From Pseudogymnoascus verrucosus (Eukaryota), in the NCBI GenBank assembly GCA_001662655.1, contig KV460244.1: a stretch of DNA of 64,000 nucleotides. One strand, 5' to 3'. A program made the translations under genes and the position numbers. Below are positions 12,708 through 24,330 of the stretch, one piece after another (position 1 is the stretch's first letter; each line of letters opens with the position of its first letter). The notes below the pieces were generated by a model. The model made no database searches, was not told the DNA's origin, and saw only the letters and a list, made by a program, of their open reading frames with translations.

Positions 12708-15374
12708 TCACATAACAACACACTCCTTGTCCTTCCCTCTCCCCCGCCCATCCTGATTCTGCCTTCGATTACCCCTCCCCCCAACAGGTTGAGCCGGTGC
12801 CATCCTCGGAGCCGGTACCTGTGCCCGCGCCAACCTCATCCTCTCCGCCTGTCTCTCAGCCGCCGGCAGGTCTCGCAGCCTCCGTCCAACCTCCGGACTG
12901 ATATTAGGATGCGAGGGATGTTGAGGAGGCGGATTAAACGCCGGTTGCCTCGCCGCGATATCATAGCTCGGCAATATTTCGTCGGGCGATAAAGGTGGGT
13001 TGGAAGTCTGCAGGGGCGGAGATTCAAGCGGAAATTCGGCCGGGGCTTGGGGTAGTGATGAACCGCCAGCGTTTCCACCACGCGGTCCGCTGCTGCTAGC
13101 GCCATCAGAACGTGTGACGGGGATGTCGTTGCTGCTAGTGTTGCGGGCCTGGGATGATGCACCCTGCTGCTGCTGGGTGCTCCCGCTCTGTCGTCTCCTA
13201 CGGGCTACCTCTTCTTCGTGGCGCTCGTTTTCTTCTTCTTGTAGTTGGATCGCTAGTGCGAGGTCGTGGTCCTCTTGTTCGACTGAGGAGGATGCCACGC
13301 GCTGATGTCTACCAAATGGAGCCCCACTGGAATCGGTCGAAGGTTCTGAGCTCTCGATGCGGCTATCCCAATCGCTTGCTGCCTGTCGCGAGTCTGTGTC
13401 ACCACCAACAGGTCTGAAATCTCCAGAGTAAAACGCGCAGTTCTCCCCATTGATGTCAGGCAGCGACTCCCACACAATCTCATCATGGCCAGCCAACCCC
13501 ATATCCGTAACGAGGTGCATTAGCTCATCATTCTGGGGGTTCTTATACAACGTGCTAAAGTGATCATTTCGGAATAGGATAGCAACAGACCCAGGTGCGA
13601 GCGCCCTGCGAATAATCTCTAGCCCGGATTTTGTGAGTTGCGTACCGGAGGAGGATAAGAAGGATTTTATAGTCATAATGTCGTCGAGTGTCGTTTGCTC
13701 CTCCAAAGTAAGGCCGTCGCCAATGAACTTCATCTCCAGCTCTTCCTCGCGGAACATGATATTCTGTGCGTCCTCGTACGTGCGCGCCGAGCGTGCGAGA
13801 GCTGCCTCAGCATCAGATCCGCGCTCAGGCAGCCAGCCGTGCATGAGCGGGATCAGGAAAGTACCGTATAGCATTATCTCGCGCGTCTGCTCAAAGGTTC
13901 CCGGAATCAGATCTTCGCGCTCCGAGGGATGTATGTGGGACATTGAGCGTCTTGGGTCGTTCGCCAAGTTTGTGGCGCCTAGCGCGAAGAAACGGGGGTT
14001 AACGTTCATCCCGGTATGAAGGGTAATGAGGAAAGTATAAAGATCTCCTAGATCAGGAAGCTCTTCTGTTCCATCCCCACGTAGTCCTGCCATAAGATTA
14101 TCAATAATGGCATTGAGCAGCAGCTCGAGGCTAATCTGCTCCCGCGTCTGGAGCGTCTGAATCAACGATGAAGCCTGACCTGGGGGCGTAGATATCGTAA
14201 TTGCATTCACGAGAGCTAACAGTGGGCACGGTCCATTCGCATTCTGCATTAGTACCGGTGTAACTCGCGGGTTCCTCGCCGCTCTTCTATCCAACCAGGT
14301 GATATTCCTGATCGCGTATGTCCCCTTGCTCTTTTCCTCACTATCCCCGGGGTCTTGGCGCGACGAGGGTGCATTGGCTTCGCCTCCACTGTTTTCATCG
14401 TGGCTCGTTGTTGCCTCTTCGGAACCTTCAATATTTCGCGGTGGCAGGTTCGGCGGCCGAGGAGGAATGGGTCTCTGTGACGAGGTCTCTTGTCCTGCAG
14501 CATCAATAACGCCACTCTGCTGCTCCCCTGCTCCCGTAGGCTCCGATCCGCCATCCTCGCGCACCGGCTCTTTTTGTGGCACGGCAGGGGCAAGTGCAAC
14601 TTCCCGCCTAGATGATTCCCCTGGAGCTTCCTCCGTCACCACCCGCTCACCAGTTGGAGCGGGGAACAAATCCTCCTGGTCATCATCCCAGTTCGAGGAC
14701 TCGTTTGTTTCATCCACTTTGACGGGTGGAGGTGTCCTTGCCGGCGGTGGCGCCGACGACCAGGCATCATTGCCAGAATCTTCCTTGCCAAATGACGGTG
14801 GTACTGGTTGCGCATTTGGATGCGATTTTTCTTCCGCAATCGACTTTTGCTCAACTGGGCCTTCCCAAGGATTCGTATCCTGGTCCGCAATGTTGAGGTT
14901 TTGGAATTGATCAGTCACATTGGGATCTATGAGAAGTTAGTATATAGTCATAATCCCAAAGCACACTCTGGTCGAGCTCCAAGGCATCTCACCTTGACGT
15001 TGGCTGGGTGCCAAAGGACCACTGGCATCTGGCGCATTGGCTTTCGGCACATTGGCGCCTGGCGCACTGGAGCCAGGCCCACCCTTCCCCTCCTCACCAG
15101 CCCACGGATTTACCTCCGCCGTCGGCCCCGAAGCTGGCGGATTCCCCGTATTCTGAGCTCTCGCAAACGGGTTCGTTGACCCTGGTCCTCCCTGCGGCCC
15201 AGCTCGTAGCGATTCCGGTATCTCATTACCCCCGTGGCCTCCTCCTTGCTCCCTCCTCTCACTCCCAGCTCCCTCACCACTTCCCTGTGTAGGTTGTGTC
15301 TGTGGCGCCCCAGCGCCATTACCGCCCCCACCCGTCGGCACGCCCTCATTAGGCTCCTGCTTGCGACTCGCCAT
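12708..15374 (-). CDS. MINDY-family deubiquitinase (DUF544, MIY1-like) with MIU motif and C-terminal CaaX (intron 14927-14992)
   Basis: Catalytic Cys motif QNANGPCPLLA, His motif FRNDHFSTL, LVTD.G, MIU-like EDHDLALAIQLQEEE and terminal CVVM. Confidence 0.9.
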
Positions 15375-16210
15375 GTCGCCGCTGTGTTGTCGATTGAGCC
15401 AGATCCGAGCTTCAGAACCACCTTAGGCCCTCTGCGTCGCTCAATCCCTCTCCACAGCCGGTACCCCTCGCAGCAGCGAGCGCCCTGGACCCTGAGGTCG
15501 CGATAGCCTCGTCGCAGCCTTCCCGTTAGCGATCGTCCTTTCCAGAGCAATCTGTCGCGCCGCAAGCCATATACCACTCCAGCGTACTCCAAAACTCAAA
15601 AGATCGTATATAAAAGCTGTAGCTACGAAGCAATTGTACGCTGAATGGCGGTGGGTTTGTTAAGTGAACTCGTGGACACAGTTTCAGCGGGCAGAGAGAG
15701 ACGTAGAGGGGAGGGACATAACGGGTTCAGCCACAGGCAGCTGTGACCCTGGATGGACGCTGATGTGGCGTTGCCGCGAGGGCGCTGACGTAGGCGGGGC
15801 AGGGGACTGTGGCGCTAGTAGGGAGGTGTCAGGCAGTCACTTGTGGCTCACCAGAAATCTGAAGTCTGAAGAGGGACGGAGGCCACCATATTCAACACGA
15901 AGATGTAATTTGATATATAGTATCACAGCAAAAGGGTTATAAGTATACGCGTCGTCAACTGAACAATATATCACGTTGTCGTCATCAAATGTATTTTGCG
16001 CTTCTAGAGTCCATTATTATACTGCAACCTGCCTTCCCTTCCGTTACTCCCCAAGCTCAATCAGTAATGTGCAAACCTTCAAGACCATGGCAGTCCATAT
16101 AGTAAGCTAAACGCCATGTCCCGCTCAAATCACCTAAAATTACATCCATAACCCCAATCTGAGCCGCATTAATACCATGATCCAGGCACAATTCCTATCA
16201 GTAACCTCCC

Positions 16211-18921
16211 CTAAAACGCAGCGCCCCCAACCCCCTCCCCAGCCAACATCCGAACATGCCTCTCGCTCAACTCCGCCTTGAGACCCATACTCGCTGACTC
16301 CCTCGCCAGACGATCCCATTGCGCCAGCCCCTTCCGCAACTTCTCCTCTTTCGCATTCAAATCTTCACGCATGCGCTCGAGATCTTCATCGGTCTTCCGG
16401 ATACGCGCCTCAAGCTCCTTCGGTACGGGCGAGTAAGTAGGGTCAATCTTTCCACCGGGGATGACGGGAGGAAGGTTCGCGATGGCCGGGTGGACGCGTG
16501 GAACAGACGGTGTGAAGGTCTTGGTGTTGTGACCGTGGAAGGGGGCTGAGGAGATGGAAGAGGAGCGGGATGGGGGTGCAGTCTTCCAGTCGCTGCCTGA
16601 AGAGCTTGCTCTTGGGCCCGTAGGAATGGCTGGGGTCGCAGATGGTGTTGTGGCGGGCAACGTCGGGGATTGCACAGAGGGTGGCCTGTTGTTGTGAACA
16701 CCCCCCCATCCTGGCTCTGGGCGGCGATCACTGAAGGAGCCTCTGCCGCCTCTTGGGAGAAAACCTCCACGCGCAGGAGGGGGATTGAAGTTGCGAGGTC
16801 CGGATGGTGGTGCCACCGCCGCCGTACCCTCGGGACGACTAGGCGCAGGCATCGATAACGGTGTAGATTGTCCAGATGCAGACGGCGACCGAATTGGAGC
16901 GCTGAAGTTGCGGTTGGCGCTTGGACCAGTAGGCGCTCTGAAGGGTTGTGCAAGTCGAACTGGTGATCTACCCTGTACCGCTGGAGATCTCACCATCGGA
17001 GACGCTGCGCGTGCTGGCGACCGTTCGCGTGGCGTGGATCGCGTTGAATCCCGGCGTGGAGACCTGTCTCGTGGAAAGGGCGAGCGCATACTCTGAAGGT
17101 CATCCACAGGTGGCGCTGGGCGGTAGCTAGGTCTTGGTGATGGGCGACGTGTGCTGTGTTCAGAGTTTCTCCCTGAAGATCTATCTCCAGAAGGAGATGG
17201 CGATCGTGGTCGTCTCCAAGTGAGCGACGTTTGGGCAGCTGCGACGCGGTCGTCACGGCGCGGTGGGCTACGAGACCTTGGACGCCATCCACCCCCCCTG
17301 GGTCCTGCTGGTGGAGATCTTCTTGAGATAGGTGATCGAGCTCGTAATGGGCCACGGTTGTCAAAAGGAGACCGTGACCTGCGTCTAGAATGATTGTAAC
17401 CCATTGTCAGATATTGTTCCAGTGTTGTGTAATGTTTAGGGTTGTTAAGATGGAAGAGAAAAGGAAAAGGTGTGGTGGGAGCAAACAAAGAATTAACAAA
17501 GAGGTCTCGTGACGCGAATTTACAGCTAAACAACTAGTATAGAACACGATTGGGGATTGTATTGTAAGGGGAAAAAACCACAACATGGTAAAACTCACCT
17601 AATATCCCGCTCGTCCAAATCCGATCTCCTTGGCGGTGATCTAGGGCGTCTATCATCACCCCGTCTTGGTGAAAATCGCCTCACTGGACTTCTAGGTCTC
17701 CCAGGACTTCGCGGTCGCATAGGACTCCTTGCTCTGGCAGGACTCCTGGCCCTAATTGGACTCCTTGGCCTCACTGGGCTCCTCGGCCTCACTGGGCTCC
17801 TCATCCGCTGTGGGCTCCTGGGTCGGACTGGGCTCCTCGGACGCTGCGGACTTCTCGCCCTCTCTCTATCTCTCCAATTCTGCACATCTCGTGGGGGGGT
17901 TCTATCCCTCGAGCGATACGCAACCGGTGACCTCGACCGCCGTCTCAGCGGCGACCTATCTCTGCCACCGGGAATATACGCATCCGATGCCTGTGGGCTC
18001 CTCGGCCTCTCGCGCCGTGGCGAGCGATCCCGGTCTCTATTATCGAATCGCGAGGTGTCGGATCGCGGGGAGCGCGGACGCACAGAAGGGCGGTACGACT
18101 CCCCAGCGCCCATCTTCGTTACCTCGCCATCGCCACGAGGGGCGTATCTGCGGGGGACTGTTAGTGATTGTGCTGGGCGGTAGCGGTCGGTAGACACTCT
18201 GGCAGGCACTCCTGGGGCTTGGCGTCGGCTCAGCACTTGCTGTCGACGGGGTGGCAGGAGGACTATCAGGTCGCTGCCCACTCGGGGTTCTGGGCGGCTC
18301 GGGAGATTTGGCATCGTTGGAGAGGCTGGTATATTGAGGAAGCTTGGTTTCGCTGGGTTTGGCATCATCTCTCCTTTGCCAGGCACGGTATTGGTTTCGG
18401 GTATGATATGAGAAAGCTGGGAGACTGAGTTTATCGTGGTATTTTCGGGTTGGGTCTGGATGGGGAGGCCGGGTTGTGGGACCTGTGTGCCAGCTTGCGG
18501 AAGTGAGGTCTGAGTGGTTCCATGTTCACTATCACCACATCCTTTATCGCCATCCACAGCCGTATAGTCGCCTGAGGTAGGTATATCAGGTAACTGCGGC
18601 TTTCCAGCAATATATATTCGCGAGGGCGGTGTGACAGAGCTTCCAGGGTGTCGCTTTGATGCGCCTCCTCCAGCCTTCAACCCCATATCGTTCGCAATGC
18701 GCTCCGAGAAACTGCGAGTTCTGAATGCCTTGACTGGTCGCTGGACTCTGGCAACTTCGAAGACTTCACCATCTTCACCGCCTCCAACTTCTCCATCGTC
18801 GTATTCGTCGCAGTCGTCGTCGTAGTTGAGGATGATGTCCATGTCGAAACACTGAAGAAGGGGGCAAACAATGAGATGTAGGAAGGACAAACCTTCTATC
18901 ACGACCACGATCGCGGTCCAT
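16211..18921 (-). CDS. Serine/arginine-repetitive protein (SRRM-like); exons 18921-18893, 18147-17599, 17384-16211
   Basis: Splicing joins MDRDRGRDRR|YAPRG and DIR|RRSRSP in frame. Many RxRSP repeats and a C-terminal coiled coil ending LAGEGVGGAAF. Confidence 0.75.
17682..17861 (-). repeat. Coding tandem repeat, 10 x 18 nt (RxRSPx)
   Basis: Units such as cactgggctcctcggcct repeat with an 18-nt period on the plus strand. Confidence 0.9.
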
Positions 18922-19139
18922 CTTGTCTTCCGTCCCTATACTAACTATACAAATAATCCTACAAGTGGCGGCAGTAGCGACTGAGATGGCTGATATAAAC
19001 ACGGAAGCATCGTTCCTTCCCCAAACCACCACCAAATTATTATCCGTTCAATCGTAGGCCGCCACGCTAGGGTGGTGCCAAGACAAGGCTGAGATATAGT
19101 TGGCAGCCTCGCCCATGCCACCGACTCTGTGCTAGCGTG

Positions 19140-19460
19140 TCAATTTATGTCGATCATGCACTTTATCACTTATAATGAATGATAAAATGAAAGGTTTATA
19201 AGTAATAAGTATAAGTATTTTACTTGACAGCTTAAGATAATGAAGTAGCGGCTAATTTACCTACTATTTTTATAAGACCTCTAACTAGCTACTAAGTGAT
19301 ATGTGCATGATTATAGATATTATGATTTTATTAGGTTTATTTAATATATATTTTTGATAATAAGATATTCATTGACTATTTCGCATATCCACACTACACG
19401 GAACGTCAAAATATACTCGTATGGACCATTAAATCGCACTGTATATACCTAGAATAATGA
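19140..19460. other. AT-rich, TpA-rich intergenic segment (possible RIP-degenerated relic)
   Basis: Abrupt drop in GC, many TA/TAA/TAG, no ORFs. Confidence 0.4.
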
Positions 19461-20059
19461 TCAATATTGTCATTAGCAAGGTTTCCACGAGCAACCGGAC
19501 TAGAGATTCTTAAAACCGCAATCACGTGATCTAGCCACTCTAAATGCAACGTCTTCCGAGCCATCAAGTGCTCACACGAGACTCGGAACCCTTTTCTCGA
19601 TATAAAAGAGCTCTGGCAAGTTGTAAATTGGCACTGATTGTTATGTGCATGACCCGAAAGATTTGGAGAGCGAGGCTTCCTTGTGAGGCTGAGAGAACTG
19701 CTGTCTCGAATGTGGGCGCCTAGCTGTCATCCGTCGATGTGAGTGGACGCAAAACTTGCATGGCTTTGCGGAGATTCAACCCTGCATGAGGATGCATGGG
19801 CCAACGAAAGACATGGGCTATAAATCATGGCTCGTTCCCCGCGCAGGGCACCCGCAAGGCTCTGAGTAGAGACATGACACTACTTATAATAGCCACGACG
19901 AAGTTTCGGATTTGACGAGCCCGGCTATGTTGATGACAGTATTGCCCACCATCGATTTGACGACCGCTTCTGTTGTTACTGTGTTCTGCGGCGAGAGTCG
20001 TGCTACCAAATACTAGCGGAATTCATACGACCAAATGCTATTCGCAATAGCCCCCTTCG

Positions 20060-22740
20060 ATGGACAGAAGAATGCCTATACAGTCGGCGGCTGAAGAGTA
20101 CTTTCAACACAATCATAGGCTCGTGCAAAGACATCGCAACGGACAGCTGTTTGCGGGCCCCATCGATTCTCAGTATGACTACCTAACGACCTACTTGAAA
20201 GAATGGGTCTCGAGCCCACTTCAGTCACTTATTATGGTCCATTACCCGATTCTAGCAGAGGAGTCCCTAAAAGGCCTCTGTGTGGATCTAGTGGGGAAGT
20301 TTAAAGAATGCAACATTCCTGTTATTTGGTTGATGCGTGGGCCTGAGACCCCACCGAAGGAGCCCATAACGACACACCTTCTAAGGTCTTTAACAATGCA
20401 AGTAATGCAGCTTCCTGGATTTCTAGGGCAACCGGAGGCCATTGATCTAATGAACGAGAGCGAGAGCTACTGGTATCTGTATTTGGGCGCTGTTCTTGCA
20501 CAGTTCGAGAATATCTTTATTGTTATCGACTCCACTGTGCTGAGTTCTGGACCACTGATTAGTGGCAACCCCTGGATTACAACGCTTTTAATTATCTGCG
20601 AAAATCACCGTCAGAGGTTTAGTGAATATAGATATCCACCTGAAGTAGGTGTAAAAGTAGCTCTAGCGATTCGTGGTCGTGGCGAACGTGGGCTAGGGCC
20701 ACCTGGACCGCAATGGGAAGACCACTGGTCATATGTCGATATCGCCCGGGAAGAGGAAAGCTCGGAACAGCGAACTGTTCGTCGGACCGGAAACTGGCTA
20801 CTGGCAGAAGTTATCGAAGCGTATAACGATAGAATTACGGGGAGGTCTAGTAGGAACAGCACGGGACAACCGTCGGTCCCACCATCCCGAAATACCGTTG
20901 CGGAACCAGTCAAAGTATTCCCTGGGTCATCATTTGGGCCCCCTACTAGAACTGGTGCGCCCAATTCTCAACCTAGAGCCGTCAAGTCTCCATTTGTTGG
21001 AATTTACCCCAGCGAAACAGTGGAGCAGCGGGACGAACTTGAATGGCTAAACCAGGAGTGGCGGAGGAAGGTTTGGGCGAGCCACGACGAAGAAGAAAGA
21101 TATGCCAGAGAGAACCAGAGAGAAAGAGAAAGATACCGCAGGGAGCGCAATAGGGACTCCCTTACACGGTATAAACAATACGAGGAACATTACTTCAGCG
21201 GGCGCGAGAGGGAGCGCCCGGCGTCCCGGCAAGAAAATGAAGAAGCGGAACGATATCTTAGGAGGCGCGACATGGAACTCCTTGCACAACGGCCAGTCGA
21301 CAGGGCAGAGATGCAGATTGCGGAAGGTCCCTCGTCGACTCTGCGCCACCATTCTAGCGCATATAGCCTACAGACCCAGCCCAACTCTAATAGCATTATG
21401 TTTCCGATTAGTACTCAGCCAGGCCCTAGTACGACCAGTTCAAACCTATCACCGTACAATTTTAGTGCAGATAACCTCGGGAGACTAAGTCTGCAGGATC
21501 TCCGGCAGTCTTCCGATGTCCGACCTATCGCCACTCAAGTGCCCCGTTCTCAATTTCCTACTGCATTCTCACAGCAATCTCAAGAACAGCCCGCAGGATC
21601 TCAGCAAACCTCATCAACAACGAAACTCATATCACACAAAGCAGATGTGTTAGTTTCAAACTTTGAGCTGTTCGATAACCAAAAGCCGTCAGGAGATGCG
21701 TGAGTTCTCCTACCTCAACCCTGCCTTGACACTTTCCTAATGTAATGCAAGCGCCGACAAAGCCGACAAAGCCGATGTGTGGTTTAAGTATCTTAGAGAT
21801 AGGGTTCACCCAGCCATGCCACCCATTCCAAAGAAGGAAGACAGGATCGGAATCGCAGTTTTAGATACAGGCATCTACATGAAGGACGATTTCATTGACC
21901 TGAAAGAGAATCGCACGCGAGTAACCTACCAGTCATTCGTGACTGGAGATACAAGCCCAAAAGAGCCCAGCGACCTTGTTGGCCATGGCACTCATGCTGC
22001 TGGGTTGCTGCTTTGTGTGGCACCAAATGCGGAAATCTATGTGGCAAAGATCTCAGACACAGACGGGATTCACGTCCCCCAAGAAATTGCCAACGTAAGT
22101 ATCCTCTGTTTAGTTGATTGGTTAAATTTTAATCGGTCTACAGGCAATACGACATGCAGTAGATATTTGGCACGTCCACATTATTAGCATGTCTTTTGGC
22201 TTCGACGAGTTAACGCTAGAGCGCGACTGTATTAGATCTGCAATACTTCACGCTCACTATAAAGGAACAGTGCTGTTTGCAGCGGCGCGCAACAATGGTG
22301 GTCTCAAGCAGATCGCATACCCAGCTAGCGAGACTGAGGTTATATGCATCAATTCCACTGATGGCGAAGGGAATCCCTCATCCTTCAACCCTTCATCTAA
22401 AAATGACAAGAACTTTGGCACTGTCGGCGAAGCCGTGTTATCCTCGTGGCCGCATAGCGGTAAAAAACGTATGACTGGCACCTCGTTTGCAACTCCCATC
22501 GCAGCTGGGATAGCAGCATTTACTATGGATTTTATGGAGCAGAAGAAGAAGGGTTGGTCGGAACACGACCAATATGTCGCAGCAAGGATTAAGAGAAATA
22601 GAGGCATTATTGCAGTTTTTGACAAACATCTCTCAGATCTAAGGGTTGATTTTCGATTCCTCTGCCCATGGCTGTTTTTTGATAAAGATGAAACCGGGCT
22701 TGATAGGGCAATATTAAAAACTCTTAGAAGATACGCTTAA
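20060..22740 (+). CDS. Intracellular subtilisin-like S8 serine protease with long N-terminal extension (HET-Q2-like); exons 20060-21699, 21752-22094, 22144-22740; 859 aa
   Basis: Three ORFs join in frame through GTGAGT..CTAAT..AAG and GTAAGT..CAG introns. Triad motifs IAVLDTG, GHGTHAAG and GTSFATP; oxyanion FAAARNNG. No signal peptide. Confidence 0.9.
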
Positions 22741-23012
22741 TGCACAATTTCGGTTCTAAATGAGTTTTTATAGTTTAAAAATCTAAAAACATCGTCCTAG
22801 AAAATAATAAGGTTATGGCCTAGCCTGATTCGTTGACAGGGGAGTACGTGGAAAGGGTGGCTCATCTCGTGCATTGAGCAAGCGGCTAGGCCTCCATCTC
22901 TGTATCTCCTCCCCATTCAATCGAAAGTTCAAGTCCACACCTCGCAACCCATATCTAACCTCTATTTTACGACCTCATCTTTAACATTTACGTGTACATA
23001 TCTGTATTTAGT

Positions 23013-23900
23013 ATGGCGAGCGCTAAGAAAACATACTTCCTCGTCCCAAAATGGGACTTCCCACCAGAAGCCTTACGCCTTGGAAACCTCATCGCCGACC
23101 CCGCAGAGCCTCACCGTCCCCTCAATGCTACCCCGCCGCTCCGGACACCCCCCACTACCTCACCAGATGAGCAGGCCACAAGCCCACCACTCATCGGAAT
23201 CGACAGCCCGATCTATGAAACGACCAAAACTTCCTACACCAAAATCGCCTCAGTAACCAAAAAGAAATCCCTCTCCCTCATCGCCCAGATCAGCCTCATC
23301 ACTGGAATCGGCGGCAACACTTCCCTCTCCTCGGCTAGAAACGAAGACCTCTCATACAGCTTCCGCAGCATGCACTCTGAATGGTTCGTCCCGTCCAGTA
23401 GCTTCATCTCCGCTGCTGTCGCGCAGCCAAAAGTCGCTGGGTTCATTTCTATGCTGTCATCGAGGCGGCCGATTTACATGATTACGGGACTCAAGCATAT
23501 TACTGGAGTCGTCGCATCAAGCCACTCGGGGAAAGAGCGGAGCGGAGGCGGCGGCGTGAGCGCCGATGCCACGGCGTTAGGCGTGCCGCTATCCGTGGGC
23601 ATTAATGCAGAGAGAGGGGTGGGGACGGGAGAGACCGTCGAGTGGGAGTGTGAGGGGCCTATTGTGTTTGTGTATCAGCTTGAAAAGTTGACAAGGAGGA
23701 ACGATGAGTGGAATGGGAAGGAGTATAGTACTAAGGGGGCTTTTATGGGTGTTGAAGAGGCGGCGAAGGAGGATGAGTGGGTGGTGGAGGGCGATAATGG
23801 GATTTTGGAGGGCTTGGATGAGGAGGATTTAGAGATTAGGGGTGGTGGATGGGATGATTTAGAAGAAGAGGAGTGCGTGTTGGTTGTTCCTAGGGTGTGA
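23013..23900 (+). CDS. Fungal gasdermin-like protein (RCD-1/HET-Q1 family), 295 aa
   Basis: N-terminal YFLVPKWDFPP..LRLGNLIADP..P..PLN, central PIYMITGLK, late IVFVYQLEKL, Gly/Ser-rich beta-hairpin segments and an acidic C-terminal tail. It lies next to an S8 protease gene. Confidence 0.85.
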   Translation: MASAKKTYFLVPKWDFPPEALRLGNLIADPAEPHRPLNATPPLRTPPTTSPDEQATSPPLIGIDSPIYETTKTSYTKIASVTKKKSLSLIAQISLITGIGGNTSLSSARNEDLSYSFRSMHSEWFVPSSSFISAAVAQPKVAGFISMLSSRRPIYMITGLKHITGVVASSHSGKERSGGGGVSADATALGVPLSVGINAERGVGTGETVEWECEGPIVFVYQLEKLTRRNDEWNGKEYSTKGAFMGVEEAAKEDEWVVEGDNGILEGLDEEDLEIRGGGWDDLEEEECVLVVPRV

Positions 23901-24330
23901 ATATATCGTTGTTTAGATGTGAATAAGCAACGAGCTTTGGGATGGTCTGGCTCTCGCACGCCATCGTCTCCACCACGTACGTTTACCCCCACCACGAACT
24001 CAACTGTAGCACTGTGTATCCCTCACCCACTGTTTATCCACTCCAACTAGCCTTAAAAGATGGATTACGTGCTTAAATCCGCGGGGGTATGGAGGGGTAA
24101 CTTTCTTGATCTTATCTCAAGATATGTAGAGTACACTCCCTTTCATATATTTTTTCTTATTTACGATTTTGTTGTTCCTTTCAGTTCTGTTATCCCACAT
24201 CAGACTTGCATTTACAGTACTTCCTCTGACGACTTTTTGCATTACGAGCGTCGCATTAGACTTATATTTGAGAATTTATTAAGTGATGCTGGTTGCAAAA
24301 AGAGGGTTTGGCCTTGAGACCTCAGCCGCC

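Noticed and set aside
17385..17598. Possible snoRNA in the 214-nt intron of the SR gene
   Set aside because: No convincing C/D box pair or H/ACA hairpins could be identified by eye.
21330..21640. Possible amyloid signalling motif in the S/Q/N-rich protease linker
   Set aside because: Proline-rich; no HRAM, PP or sigma-type pseudo-repeat is recognisable.
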